Below, piece after piece: positions 1 to 13,551 of a stretch of 64,000 nucleotides of DNA; the first letter of the stretch is position 1; each line of letters starts with the position of its first letter. The position numbers and the translations under genes are program-made. The stretch covers positions 26,288,001 through 26,352,000 of the forward strand of contig NC_135803.1 in NCBI RefSeq assembly GCF_964213995.1, read 5' to 3'. The notes beneath the pieces are model-generated. The model did no database searches. It was not told the origin of the DNA and was given only the letters and a program-made list of their open reading frames with translations. The stretch is from Mustelus asterias (Eukaryota).

Positions 1-84
1 TGCTACTGAAAGCTTCAGCCATATCTCCACATTTCAGCAATTCTCCTCTGGACTGTGTGCACCAGCGCAGAACATTGGGCATTT
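1..84 (-). CDS. MELTF: Melanotransferrin exon 9, partial (start of C-lobe: MPNVLRWCTQSRGELLKCGDMAEAFSS); runs off the window
   Basis: LRWC....E..KCGDMA.AF matches the melanotransferrin C-lobe start; cttttcttcacacag acceptor in phase 1, compatible with exon 8. Confidence 0.92.
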
Positions 85-837
85 CTGTGTGAAGAAAAGC
101 AGCACAAAACTTACGGCTTTTCTGTACGGTGCTGATACAATCTCAATAGCACAATTGTCTTTTTTACATAACAAATGTAAAATACTTCCATTTTACAGCA
201 CAGAAGAGCACTGGAATTAGCTTCAATTCAAGCACAGCGCTTGCAAAGACCTAACACCTAATGGGCCGAATGCCTACCCCTGCACTCCAGATTGTTGCTC
301 AAGCTCATCAAGCGAAATGCCAAGGATGGACTGATAAACTGCTTCACAAGGAAGAAGGGAAAACAATTGGCTAAATAATGCAGAGGCATTGCCTTGGTAA
401 ATCTCAGGAAATTGACACTCAATTGACGTCCATGGCATGCCTGTGCACACTGCCACCCCCTGTTTACCTGAAGCATCGCTACAGTTAAACCCCACCTGCA
501 ACCAGAGACTCTCAATTCCCATGCCAGGGGAAATGCAGCTCCATGGTTCAAACTTGGAGACCTAGGGTAGGATTCTGTAGTGAAAATCCACAAGTCCTAT
601 GAAAATGTGGCTTTCTACTATTATCTGTTCTGCAAAAATCCTTTGTCTCAACTGAGGGAGTACCACATGTCTGCAATTAATAGCAGTCAACTAATACACT
701 GATTATTAAAACAAACTAAAACAAAATATACAGATATAAAACAGCCAACACGCTTTATTTAAAATCTGCTGGGCAGAGAACAACAAGCAGTTTATAAATC
801 CATCCTTCGCATTTCATGTTTTGTTGTGACCAAACGG

Positions 838-3000
838 AGGAGAATAGAAGATTGGGGAAATAATGGACAAATTTCAGAAAAGGAAATCTTACGTCAGACA
901 CTTAGTACTCAATATTGAAGAAAGCAGAAAGGAGTATGGAAAGTGGAAAGGAGAAATTCAAAAGGAAATTAGGAAGGCAAAGAGAGGGCTTGAAAGAATA
1001 TTGGCAAGCAAATCAAAGAGAACCGAAAGATATTTTATCAATACATCAAGAGTAATCGGATAGCTAAGGAAAGAGTAGAGTTCATAAAAGACCAAAAAGG
1101 TAATCAACATGTGGAGACAGAGGGTGTGGGTATGGTTCTGAATGAATACTTTGCATCCATCTTCAAAAGGAGGGGGATAGTTAAGGAAGAAGCATGTGCA
1201 GTATTGGATGTGACAAACGTAGGGAGAGACAAGGTACGAAGAGGGTTAACAGTCACAGTCTGAGCATTTGGGGTAGATCATTTAGGATGGAGGTGAGGAG
1301 ACATTTCTTCACCCATAGAGTGGTGAGCCTGTGGAATTCATTACCACAGGAAGTATTTGATGCCAAAACAATGAATGCATTCAAGAAGCAGCTAGATATA
1401 GCACTTGGGGCGAATGGGATTAAATGTTATGGGGAGAAAGCAGGATCAGGCTACTGAGTTGGACAATCAGCCATGATTGTAATGATTGGCGGAGCAACAT
1501 CCTTGAAAACGGATAAATTACCAGGACCAGATGAAATGTACTCCAGGCTGCTAAAAGTAGAAGCCAGGGAGGAAATAGTGGAGGTTCTGACCATCATTTT
1601 CCAATCCCCATTGGATACAGGTGTGGTGCTGGAGGATTGGAGGTCTGCCAAAGTTTGTACCTTTGTTTAAAAGGGGAGTGAGGGATAGACAAATAACTAC
1701 AGACCAGTCAGTCTAACCTCAGTGGTGGGCAAATTATTGGAATCAATTCTGAGGGACAGGATAAACTGTCAATTAGAAAGATGTGGATTAAATCAAGGAC
1801 AGTCAGCATGGGTGTGTTAAGGGCTAATGTGATTGAATTTTTGAGGTAGTAACATGGAGGATTGATGAGGCTGGTGGAGTTGATATGGTTTACATGATTT
1901 TAGCAAGGCTTTTGATAAGGACCCACATGGCAGACTGGTTGAAAATAAAAGCCCATGGGATCCAGGGAAATATGACAAGCTGGATACAAAATTAGCTTAA
2001 TGGCAGGAAACAAAGGGTAATTGTCAGAACGTTTTTGCGACTGGAAGAGTGTTTCCAGTGGGATTCCACAAGGCTCAATACTAGGTACCCTGCTTTTTGT
2101 GTTTTAGATAAACTTTTTGGATATAAATGTAAGGGGAATGATCAAGAAGTTTGCAGAGGACACAAAAATTGGCCTTCTGAGTGATAGCAAGCTGTAGACT
2201 GCATGAAGATATCAATGGACTGGTCAGGTGTGTGGAAAAGTGGCAAACCTAATTCAACCTAGAGAAAAGTGAGGTAATGCACCTGGGGAGGTCAAACAAA
2301 GCCAAGGATCACACAATAAATAGGAGGGTTATGAGAGGTGTAGAGGAAGTGAGGGGCCATGGAGTGAATATCCACAGATCCCTGAAAGTAGAAAGATGGA
2401 TCAAAAAGGTGGTTAAGCAAGGTTATGCTGGAACTATTTAAAACATTAGTTAAGCCACAACTGGAGTACTGTGTGCAATTCTGGTCACCTCATTACAGAA
2501 AGGGTGTAATTAACTGGAGAGGGTACAGAGAAGATTTCGGAGATTGTTGCCAGGACTGGAAAATTGTAACTAGGACGAAAGATTGGAAAGGTTGGGTTGT
2601 TCTCCTTGGAACAGAGGAGGTTGAGGAGAGATTTGATTGAAATGTATAAAATTGTGAGGGGTCTCAATAGAGTGGATGGGAAGGGCCTATTTACTTTAGC
2701 AGAGATGTCAGACACTCGGGGGCATAAATTTCAAGTGATTGGTAGAAGGATTGGAGGGGAGGAAAAATGTTTTCACCCAGAGGGTTGTGGGGGTCTGGAA
2801 CTCACTGCCTGAAAGGGTAATAGAGGCAGAAACCATCAGCTCATTTAAAAGGTGTCTGAATATGCGCCCCAAGTACCATAGCCTGTCGGGCCATGGACCA
2901 AATGCTGGAAAGTGGGAGTAGGCCGAGTGGCTTGTTTTTCTGCAGGCACAATGGGCCAAGTGGGCTCTTTCAGTGCTGCAAACCTTTTATGAGTCCATGA
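838..3000 (+). mobile_element. CR1/HER1-type LINE RT and 3' end, decayed, with a nested CR1 3' fragment at about 1250-1495
   Basis: PGPD..Y.RLLK, LV.PQLEYCVQFWSP, FSLE.RRLR.DLIE and FTQRVV..WNSLP motifs. Confidence 0.9.
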
Positions 3001-3099
3001 AATTTTCACTGCTGGTAAACTTGTTGCCACTCAGTAACAATAATATCCAGTTCTGTGTTAATGAGTCTGAGATATCCACAACTGAAATGTATTACTTAC

Positions 3100-3274
3100 T
3101 GTAGCAGTCAAGTCCATTCAAGGATTGGAGATATTCTGAGCCTAACCAGGCCTGATAGGTTTGATTCTTGATGAGCATGAATTCTTTGGTGGAGTCCTGG
3201 AACAGCAAGTCTTTGCTATCGTATGAAGCAGAATCAAACATCTTAAAGCCAGTGGAAGTAATGCCAAACTTTTT
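3100..3274 (-). CDS. MELTF: Melanotransferrin exon 8 (KKFGITSTGFKMFDSASYDSKDLLFQDSTKE...YQAWLGSEYLQSLNGLDCY)
   Basis: F.MF.S..Y..KDLLF.DST and WLG.EYL motifs typical of melanotransferrin; ttacag acceptor and A|gtaagt donor; 175 bp, phase 0 to 1. Confidence 0.95.
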
Positions 3275-3732
3275 CTGTAAGTAAAGGATTTTTGTTTCAA
3301 ATGAATTGTTCGATGTAATTGCCTTTCTTCAGAGTTACCTAATTCACTACCATCACAGGAAAGAGGTGAGCTTGCCTGCATGTTGGTTCAGGGTCTATGA
3401 CAACCAGTGAGATTGAAGAGTTACATTTTTTGTTTTAACACAGGCTAACTTAAAACTATACAATTGTATTGCTTTGTGTGTGCTATGCAGTTAATAGTTC
3501 ATTTTATTGTGCTGTTAACTCTCAAGGTGAAACATCACTCCCAAACTTATTTTCTCAGCCTAAATGCAAATAGATCTCACTTGTACTCCACATGGGGATT
3601 TACAAATGACAATAAAGCATAATCCCTGCCACAGGACAGCCAAACCTGCCTCACCTACTTCTGAAGTGCAGTATTGACTGAATGCGAGTTGTCGCACCCT
3701 GTGTGTGGTGTTCCAAACACCTGGAGGCACTT

Positions 3733-5140
3733 AAGAACATAAGAACATAAGAAATAGGAGCAGGAGTAGGCCATCTAGCCCCTCGAGCCTGCCCCGCCAT
3801 TCAATAAGATCATGGCTGATCTGACGTGGATCAGTACCACTTACCCGCCTGATCCCCATAACCCTTAATTCCCTTACCGATCAGGAATCCATCCATCCGC
3901 GCTTTAAACATATTCAGCGAGGTAGCCTCCACCACCTCAGTGGGCAGAGAATTCCAGAGATTCACCACCCTCTGGGAGAAGAAGTTCCTCCTCCTCAACT
4001 CTGTCTTAAACCGACCCCCCTTTATTTTGAGGCTGTGTCCTCTAGTTTTAACTTCCTTATTAAGTGGAAAGAATCTCTCCGCCTCCACCCTATCCAGCCC
4101 CCGCATTATCTTATAAGTCTCCATAAGATCCCCCCTCATCCTTCTAAACTCCAACGAGTACAAACCCAATCTCCTCAGCCTCTCCTCATAATCCAAACCC
4201 CTCATCTCCGGTATCAACCTGGTGAACCTTCTCTGCACTCCCTCCAATGCCAATATATCCTTCCTCATATAAGGGGACCAATACTGCACACAGTATTCCA
4301 GCTGCGGCCTCACCAATGCCCTGTACAGGTGCATCAAGACATCCCTGCTTTTATATTCTATGCCCTTCGCAATATAGGCCAACATCCCATTTGCCTTCTT
4401 GATCACCTGTTGTACCTGCAGACTGGGCTTTTGCGTCTCATGCACAAGGACCCCCTTTGCACGGTAGCATGTTTTAATTTGTTTCCATTGAGATAGTAAT
4501 CCCATTTGTTATTATTTCCTCCAAAGTGTATAACCTCGCATTTCTCAACGTTATACTCCATTTGCCATATCCTCGCCCACTCACTCAGCCTGTCCAAATC
4601 TCTCTGCAGATCTTCTCCGTCCTCCACACGATTCACTTTTCCACTTATCTTTGTGTCGTCTGCAAACTTCGTTACCCTACACTCCGTCCCCTCCTCCAGA
4701 TCATCTATATAAATGGTAAACAGTTGCGGCCCGAGTACCGATCCCTGCGGCACGCCACTAGTTACCTTCCTCCAACCGGAAAAACACCCATTTATTCCGA
4801 CTCTTTGCTTCCTGTCGGATAGCCAGTCCCCAATCCACTTTAACACACTACCCCCAACTCCGTGTGCCCTAATCTTCTTCAGCAGCCTTTTATGGGGCAC
4901 CTTATCAAACGCCTTTTGGAAATCCAAAAACACCGCATCCACCGGTTCTCCTCCATCAACCGCCCTAGTCACATCTTCATAAAAATCCAACATGTTCGTC
5001 AAGCACGACTTTCCCCTCATGAATCCATGCTGCGTCTGATTGATCGAACCATTTCTATCCAGATGCCCTGCTATCTCCTCTTTAATAATGGATTCCAGCA
5101 TTTTCCCTACTACAGACGTTAAGCTGACCGGCCTATAGTC
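3733..5140 (-). mobile_element. Young CR1 LINE 3' fragment (RT near intact, one frameshift)
   Basis: ORFs 4403-5188 and 3831-4505 with YRPVSLTS, LDFQKAFDKVPH, GVPQGSVLGP and FADD; (TTCTTATG)n tail. Confidence 0.95.
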
Positions 5141-5656
5141 ACTTCTCCCAATTCTTTCACAAACTGTCACGTAAATCAAATGACCCAACTCTTTGGCATG
5201 AATTCTATTGTCTAGATTAATAAAGATTTAAAACTTGATGCAAAGCCCTAACCCTTTAAGAAAAATTGGATAATCCCTGAGGGAAGCCACAGAGAAACAA
5301 TGGGGTTGAATCCATGCTACCATGAAGCTTTATTTTCATCCCACCCTACAATGAGTCCTGATTCTATGAATCACCATTTCCCCTCAACTACCAATTCTAT
5401 TGATTCTATTAACCCATGTAAACTTGCTGCTGTATTTTGAAAAATGCATGAATCTGCTGATATGAATCAGGACTGGAATTCTATCACAAGAAGGTTTCAG
5501 TTTACCGATTATTTTCAGATACACATTCTTTCTTGCAGCTAAGCTTTCTGGAGTTTTTTTGCTCTACCGTCACCTCTCAGACAGTCTTTTCTTTTGTCAT
5601 TTGTATGTGAGACTGTTGAGCCAGTCCTCTCCACAATTCCACAACGAGAACTTGAA

Positions 5657-5960
5657 ATCATAGAATCATACAGTGCAGAAGGAGGCCATTCGGCCCATCG
5701 AGTCTGCACCAACCACAATCCCACCCAGGCCCTATCCCCATAACCCCATGCATTTACCTTAACTAGTCCCCTCGACACTATGGGGCAATTTAACATGGCC
5801 AATCCAACTAACCTGCACATCTTTGGACTGTGGGAGGAAACCGGAGCATGCAGACATGGGGAGAACGTGCAGACTCTGCACAGACAGTGACCCAAGCCGG
5901 GAATCAAACTCGGATCCCTGACGCTGTGAGGCAGCAGTGCTAACTACTGTGCCACTGTGT
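5657..5960 (-). mobile_element. HE1-type tRNA-derived V-SINE with CR1-like tail (other copies: about 6178-6353 +, 20350-20561 -, 29363-29660 +, 41262-41573 -, 50401-50700 -)
   Basis: A-box TGGCACAGTGG and B-box GGTTCGATTCC head, central GGGTTTCCTCCGGGTGCTCCGGTTTCCTCCCAC domain, (TTCTATGA)n tail. Confidence 0.9.
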
Positions 5961-6587
5961 TCTGGCCCAGTTTCATGAACTTTACCAGAAGCTCAATCAT
6001 TCTTTCCTGCGATCCCAAGCGGGATTTAAATCTCTGGTTTGAATGACAATTCATCCCACATTTCTTAAATGTTTTTGGGTCTTAAATTTGTTCATTGACA
6101 TCTGGTACATCCCAGCCTCAGAGCACCAGAAACTGTCAATGCATTCTGCATTATCCAATTCCTCAGTAATCTAATCACGTTAGGTGGATTGGCCAGGCTA
6201 AAATTGCCCCTTAGTGTCCTGAGATGCGTAGGTTAGAGGGATTAGCGGGTAAATATGTAGGAATATGGGGGTAGGGCCTGGGTGGGATTGTGGTTGGTGC
6301 AGACTCGATGGCTTAATGGCCTCTTTCTGCACTGTAGGATTTCTATGATTCTAGTCAAAAAGAAATGTGTTCACTTTCCAGGCTAGCTAGTCGAAATCCT
6401 TCAGGCCAGATCTTCCTTCCAGGAATATCATATACAGTAATTGACAAGACACCCTCAAGTGTAGGTATAACTAATATATCGCCAGAAAGGCTACAGTAAA
6501 TCAATGAGATGTTTCAGAGAATTATATATTTATCTCTGTTTACTATGCGTGATGATTACTTGAACCATCTTTCACTTCTAGGAATAG

Positions 6588-6779
6588 TGAGAAGTCTCAC
6601 AACACCAGGTTAAAGTCCAACAAGTTTATTTGGAATCACGAGCTTTCAGAGACTCATCTGATAAAGGAACAGCGCTCTGAAAACTCGTGATTCCAAATAA
6701 ACCTGTTGGATTTTAACCTGGTGCTGTGAGACTTCTCACGGTGCCCTCCCCAGTCCAATGGTGGTATCTCCACCTCATG
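6588..6779. mobile_element. Miniature fold-back Penelope-derived element with about 14-bp TSD
   Basis: About 62-bp inverted arms made of the same Penelope terminus, with a degenerate hammerhead core in the loop. ACTTCTAGGAATAG is present at 6574-6587 and 6780-6793. Confidence 0.85.
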
Positions 6780-7510
6780 ACTTCTAGGAATAGCACTCCC
6801 GAAATCCCAATTACTGGCCTTGTTAACACATGGAAACTAGTTCCAAACAGTACAAATATCTGATACTTTGGGAAATAAGGCACTGAGAAACACTATTGGA
6901 ATTAACTATTGGTTTAAGCAATAACTAGGTGAGTTTCTGGAATGCGAAGGGATTTAATTCAAGATGATTGGCAAAAGATCCAGAGGCTTCAGAGTGTAGA
7001 ACTTATTTAGCTAACAGGTGGTTAGGATTTGGAATCCACCGCTTGATTGGGTGGTGGAAACAGATAGAATAGTCGCGTTTAAAAGAGAATTGGACAAGCA
7101 CATGAAGGATAGAAATTGTAAGGATATTGCGAGAATGGAACTGAACCACTGTTCAACACAAAATGGCCTCCTTCTGTGCTGTACTATTCTACAATAAGAT
7201 GAGTGGAGCTAATTTATGAAAACAGAACAGCTTTGTCAGCCAAGTTGCCTTTACTTAAACGCTAATTCTTGTGGTATATGTCCAAATCCAAGAATAAGTT
7301 TATAATACTAAGGTTTACAGTCTTAACTTAATACAGTAATTAACTCCACAATTTCTGAAGTACTGTATTACTTCTGCACTTTTCATATTCTTGATTCAAA
7401 AGGCATTTCAACTAAATAAATAGATTAATTTTCTCTTGTCCATAAATATCCTTCGAAGTTTTTTTTAAAGGCTCTTTTATAATTGCTCTGTCAGCAGGAA
7501 ATCTCCATAC

Positions 7511-7698
7511 CTGAGCAGCATCCAGAGCATTGAAGACAGCTGTGCCATCAGTATCCAATCTGACTACAACTGCACGGGCAGGCACTCTGGCAAGATGGCA
7601 TGCCTTCCAATCTGTTACTTCAGCACGGCTTCCATTTCGGCACAGAAGCTGATAGTCGCTTGAATGAAGGTCTTTTGCCCATGCCATGGGATTATTTC
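7511..7698 (-). CDS. MELTF: Melanotransferrin exon 7 ([23 protein letters not shown]...[14 protein letters not shown]...AAQ)
   Basis: LLC..G.R and CHLA.VP..AVV motifs; ttttacag acceptor and CAG|gtatgg donor; 188 bp. Confidence 0.95.
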
Positions 7699-9751
7699 CT
7701 GTAAAACAGTTTATTGACGTCTTTGGCCAAATCAGACTATTTTTCTGATTCACATAATTCACATTTCTCAAGTACCAATGCAATTATAATTTACAGCAGC
7801 CTAGTAAAAATTGCAGCTGCGATTGTTACGTTTACAGAGTCTGTGATACAAAAAGCGACAGCTTATCAGTGCTGCCTCATTCAGTATTTACTTCATCATA
7901 CTTTGGGGCAATGCCTAGCATTCATAGACACTATATGCCTAACACTGGCTCAACTGAGGACATGGCAAATGTATCCTAATCTGGAGCAAGCAAACGTGAT
8001 TGACTTGAGCTCAAGTGCTCTACCACTTGAGCTGAGAGATTACATCAGTCCCAAATCTGTTGTTAAAAAGCAAAATCAAGCATTTCACTGGCATGGGGAA
8101 CAAAACACAGTCAGGAGTGGGGGGAAGGAAGAGGAAGAACAAGTAACCCTTGAACAAACTCACAGCTGTCATAGTGACACAATTACAAACAGTCATTCTC
8201 CAGTACCACAGAGTGCCATGCCTCTCAGCCAGTCACAGCTCCAGTGTTCTTGTGTATGTTACACAAGGGCTTATATCATCCCTGCCATACATCAGATCTG
8301 CAGGCTGTGCTAACGTAGATTCTGAATGTGTTGGCTAACTGCTTTTCTTTCAAGAACTCTACAAGCAGGTACAACCCAGATAGTCCTTCACTGAGAGTAA
8401 CAAATGTTAGAACTCATGGAACACACTTGCAGATAAGGAACCCACATAATTAAAATGGGACTAGCATAATGCTTTTGATGCAGATTTATAAAGCAAAGTA
8501 CTCCAATGATAACTGCATCAGGACATGAACATCCCATGATTTGTCCTTACTCTAGAAGACTGCTTGTGCTTAGGGAACTAATAATTATACCTTTCCTGGC
8601 ATCCAACCATCGAACACAGAAATTGCTCTTTGCTCCCTAGACGTGAATTTTAACCTAGTGAGACTGACGAGATAATCTATCTGTCTCTCCTTTTACGTAA
8701 GATACAAGATTTGATCACATGAAAAGTCTGACCATGTGATGATGCCTGTAACTGTTATTTAATTGACCTTTTTATAGATTGGGTCCCTGTGGTTGAGTTT
8801 GGTTTGTGGTTTTGTGCCAACGGCAGTTGTGTGCAAAGTCACAACAACCAGGGGGCCATCAGTGAGCAGGCAAAGAGGTGAAACCCAGAGTGGGGAAGAG
8901 GGAAAACCAAAGTTGGAGGGGGTCATTCACAAAGGGAAAATCAGAGATGAGTGAAACATGGGATCCACCAGTAATTAATAATAGTTCACAGAAATTGTGC
9001 CGATAAGTAAGACTGAAAGGACTCAAATTTCCCCTGAAATCGGCACTAACGTAATAGATCACTAAAAATGCCCATATTCTGTTTGTAGCAGGTGCAATGC
9101 CCCAATATTCTATCTATATCTAGAACACACAAGAAATAAAAGCAGGAGTTGGCCACCAGGCCCTTCAAGCCTGCTCCACCACTCAATACCATCATGGCTA
9201 ATCTATGTCGCCCTCAGCTCCTTTGCTGTGCCATTTCCCCATAGCCCTCTATTCCGTTATCTATTAAGAACACAAGAAATACTAAATCGGAACCCTATGA
9301 TCCACTGATATTCATCAGAAACTCCCTGCATTGCATAAAGTGCAATCAGGCTGCCTAGCGGAGAACACTTTTAACAGGTCTGATCTCCCTCGCTATCCTT
9401 TGTTTGGATTCAGTTTGTGCGTGGAAGTAGTGGAAGCTTCAATTAGCGATGATTTGTACATAGGCTTCACTCCTCAAAACGGTGCCAGCACAAAGGAATC
9501 TGAACCATAGAGCTGTGTGTTTGACGTTCAGGAGAGCACACAGAGGGCCCATTGTCCTAAATCACATTCCACGTGTAAGACAGTCAGTGAGAAAGGCCAT
9601 GGGTTTTTTTTTTAAACCACCAGTGCCACAATTAGCAAAGGGAAGACAAGTAAACTAAACCAATCCAGTTTGCATATCATAATATGACAGTATTCCTTTA
9701 ACAGATCAAACATAAATGGGACAGGATGTAGAAAGTTACACTGTTACTCAC

Positions 9752-9819
9752 CATCCGTATTCTCTGGCACAGTCGAATGTTTAACAAAAGCAATATCACC
9801 CGCTTGTTTAGCTAGGCAC
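9752..9819 (-). CDS. MELTF: Melanotransferrin exon 6 (CLAKQAGDIAFVKHSTVPENTDG)
   Basis: CL...GD.AFVKH motif; cttcag acceptor and ATG|gtgagt donor; 68 bp. Confidence 0.95.
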
Positions 9820-11295
9820 CTGAAGCGAAAGAGAGGTATGTTTAAATAGCCAGGTACAGGTAAAATGTATGTTGATTGTAAGATGTCAAAGCAGTGCCAA
9901 ATGATACAGCTGTATGTTGTTATTCCCCCAGCTACCCCACCCTTCTATCTCCAATCCTAAACAGCAAAGCAAAGCCAAACCATCCACAAAATGTAACAAT
10001 CAGCATCCAGAACAAAACACGATGCGAACGTTTTTTTGCCAAATTGGGATCAAATATCCAAGAACTTGTGGGTTATGTGTTTACGTTTAATAACTTTTTC
10101 CATCAGTGCCATTTGCTGCCAATTACACAACTGTAACCCGTGGAGTAAGGAGTGGAGTTCTACACGTATGCAATTCCAGTGGGGAGAAAAGTTTGTATTT
10201 CAAAAACTCATGTACCCTTGGTGGCACAGCATACAACAGCAGGGTGCACTGAAGCAGAAAGCTTCAATCTCCACCTCTCCGTTGAGTTCCTGACCTCAGC
10301 CTCATTATTATGAAGAGAACCAGTAGTTCACAGAATCATTATCGAGCCACCAAGAAACTCATTAAAGAGAAGTACTGGCAAAGCTGACACTAGATCATCC
10401 AGAGGTTCATTGATGCTTGTATGATCCCTGGGAAAAATAAAGGAATTTTAACCAACTTTTATCGAGGCTAAGTTTCTCAATGATGTACTTGGGGCTGGTA
10501 AATCGCTTCAAAATATTTATGCCGTGTCTCATGTTTTGAGGGTCTGGTGAATCAGAACACTCAAAATTACTCAACCAACTAAAGTATCTCACAGGTCAGC
10601 AGCATGGTATTCCATGCAACGGAACACAAGTGTGTATAGAACAGGAAAATATAGTGGCTGCTAAAGGTCCTCTGAGGTAGCCAAGAAGAAAGCCGGTTTT
10701 ACTCGCCATTTTGGTAACTGGAGTTGAAGCGCACATTTGGGTCAGCTACCAGGAGGATCACTTAAATGCTGATTACCATTTAAACTGCCTGCTGCTGTTG
10801 TCAAGGAGAGTGCCTACTACTTTGGTCACAAGTTCTTGGCTGAACAGTAACCAGCTATTTGGGAACTAACAAGACACTGATTTCAAGCACTACTTAAAAG
10901 GATACTCACCACTTCATGTTTACTTGCTGTGGATGCTGTGAAAAGGACCTCAGGAGCATGTCTAGGACGCTTTGTGAAGACTTCACTAGCACTCTAAGAA
11001 TATTTATTCTGCTAATTCCATAGGACTTTCTCAAATGATTGAATGCTGTCCTACTCCATTTTATAGGATCACCAGAATGCTTGGTCATCAGCATCTGGCT
11101 ATGGGGTCCCCCTGGGTTTGCAGGAGGGATAGAAGAAGGGCACGAAGCAAGGCAGAGCAGCAGCAGAGGAGAAAAGGAGGGTGAGATGGCATCCTTCCCC
11201 TCTGCATTGACAGGACATCCCCTCTTCTCTGGATGGCCTCTCACCGTAAGAAGTCTCACAACACCAGGTTAAAGTCCAACAGGATTATTTGGCAG

Positions 11296-11330
11296 CACGA
11301 GCTTTCGGAGTCTCGCTCCTTCATCAGGTG
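11296..11330 (-). ncRNA. Minimal hammerhead ribozyme motif in the Penelope-like element, sense to MELTF intron 5
   Basis: RNA reads CAC-CUGAUGA-A-GGAG(cgaga)CUCC-GAAAGCU-C-GUG: core boxes, stem I CAC/GUG, stem II and palindromic AGCU stem III. Confidence 0.65.
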
Positions 11331-13516
11331 AGTGAAGGCTTGTGTTCCCAAACAGGTCATATAAAGACACAAACTCAATTTACAAGATAATGGTTGGAAT
11401 GCAAGTCTTTACAGGTAATCAAGTCTTAAGGGTACAGACAATATGAGTGGAGAGAGGGCCAAGCACAAGTTAAAGAGATGTGTATTGTCTCCAGGACAGC
11501 TAGTGAGATTTTGCAAGCCCAGGCAAGTCGTGGGGGTTACAGAAAGTGTGACATGAACCCAAGATCCCAGTTGAGGCTGTCCTCATGTGTGCAGAACCTG
11601 GCTATCAGTTTCTGCTCAGCGATTCTGCATTGTGTGTTGTAAAGGCCGCCTTGGAGAACGCTTACCCGAAGATCAGAGGCTGAATGCCCGTGACTGCTGA
11701 AGTGTGAACTGGAAGGGAACACTCCTGCCTGGTGACTGTCGAGCGGTGTTCATTCATCCATTGTGGTAGCGTCTGCATGGTCTCTCCAATGTACCATGCC
11801 TCAGGATATCCTTTGGGTGGAAGCTGGAGAAGTGGAGCATCGTGAGGTTATCCGTGGGCTTGCAGTACAGTGAAGTGCAGCGTATCAGGTAGACAATGTT
11901 GGCTGAGTCGCAAGAGTATGTACCGTGTACCTGGTGGATGGTGCTCTCACGTGCAATGATGGCATCCGTGTCGATGATCCGGCACGTCCTGCAGAGGTTG
12001 CTGTGGCAGGATTGTGTGGTGTTGTGGACAATGGTCTGTTTGAACTTGTGCGGTTGGTTTGAAGGCAAGAAGTGGGGGTGTGACAATGACCTGGGCGAGA
12101 TGTCGTAGCTTCTCCGCTCCGGGAAAGTATTGGACGACGAAGGGTACTCTGTCCGCCGTGTCCCGTGTTTGTCTTCTGAGGAGGTCGGTGCGGTTTTTCG
12201 CTGTGGCACGTTGGAACTGTTGATCGATGAGTATGCCAATATCTTTATGCACAGGTTTGAACAAGACCTCTTCACCGCACAGGACCTCCAACCGAAGCTA
12301 TACACTAAATACATCGATGACATTTTCTTCCTTTGGACTCATGGCGAACAATCATTGAAACAACTATATGATGACATCAACAAGTTCTATCCCACCATCA
12401 GACTCACCATAGACTACTCTCCGGAATCGGTTGCATTCTTGGACACACGTATCTCCATCAAGGATGGTCACCTCAGCACCTCACTGTACTGCAAGCCCAC
12501 GGATAACCTCACGATGCTCCACTTCTCCAGCTTCCACCCTAAACACGTTAAAGAAGCCATCCCCTACGGACAAGCCCTCCGTATACACAGGATTTTCTCA
12601 GATGAGGAGGATCGCAACGGACACCTACAGACGTTGAAAGATGCCCTCATAAGTACAAGATATGGCGCTCGACTCATCGATCGACAGTTTCGACGTGCCA
12701 CAGCGAAAAACTGCACCGACCTCCTCTGAAGACAAACATGGGACACGGCGGATAGAGTACCCTTCATCGTCCAGTACTTCCCCAGAGCGGAGAAGCTATG
12801 ACATCTTCTCTGGAGCCTTCAAACAGACCATTGTCCACAGCAAACTACCCAGCCTTCAGGAGAACAATGACCACGACACCACACAATCCTGCCACAGCAA
12901 GCTCTGCAAGATGTGCCGGATCATTGACACGGATGCCATCATCTCACGTGGGAACACCATCCACCAGGTACACGGTACATACTCTTGCAACTCGGCCAAC
13001 GTTGTCTACCTGATATGCTGCAGGAAAGGATGTCCTGAGGCATGGTACACTGGGGAGACTATGCATATACTACCACAACAGATGAATGAACACCACTTGA
13101 CAATCACTGGGTAGGAGTGTTCCCTTCCAGTCGGGGAACACTTCAGCAGTCACGGGCATTCAGCCTCTGATCTTCGGGTAAGCGTTCTCCAAGGCGGCCT
13201 TCACGACACACAACGCAGGATCGCTGAGCAGAAACTGATAGCCAAGTTCTGCACACATGAGGACGGCCTCAACCAGGATCTTGGGTTCATGTCACACTAT
13301 CTGTAACCCCCACGACTTGCCTGGGTTTGCAAAATCTCACTAACTGTCCTGGCAGGAGACAATACACACCTCTTTAACCTGTACTTAACTCTCTCTCCAC
13401 TCACATTGTCTGTACTTTTAAGACTTGATTACCTGTAAAGACTCGCATTCCAACCATTATCTTGTAAATTGAGTTGGTGTCTGTATATGCCCTGTTTGTG
13501 AACACAAGTCCTCACT

Positions 13517-13551
13517 CACCTGATGAAGGAGCAAGACTCCGAAAGCTAGTG
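13517..13551 (+). ncRNA. Minimal hammerhead ribozyme motif (Penelope-like element)
   Basis: CAC-CUGAUGA-A-GGAG(caaga)CUCC-GAAAGCU-A-GUG. Confidence 0.65.

Noticed and set aside
258-593. Minus-strand ORFs between MELTF exons 8 and 9
   Set aside because: Exons 8 and 9 already join in frame, and these ORFs have no transferrin similarity.
3831-5188. Long RT ORFs as a possible active or domesticated gene
   Set aside because: 5'-truncated CR1 copy with a frameshift and no endonuclease or ORF1.
7714-8313. 199-aa plus-strand ORF
   Set aside because: Antisense within a MELTF intron, non-ATG start, no motifs; likely chance.
8844-8862. CTCF-like motif CAACCAGGGGGCCA
   Set aside because: Single imperfect match; not supportable without ChIP or conservation data.
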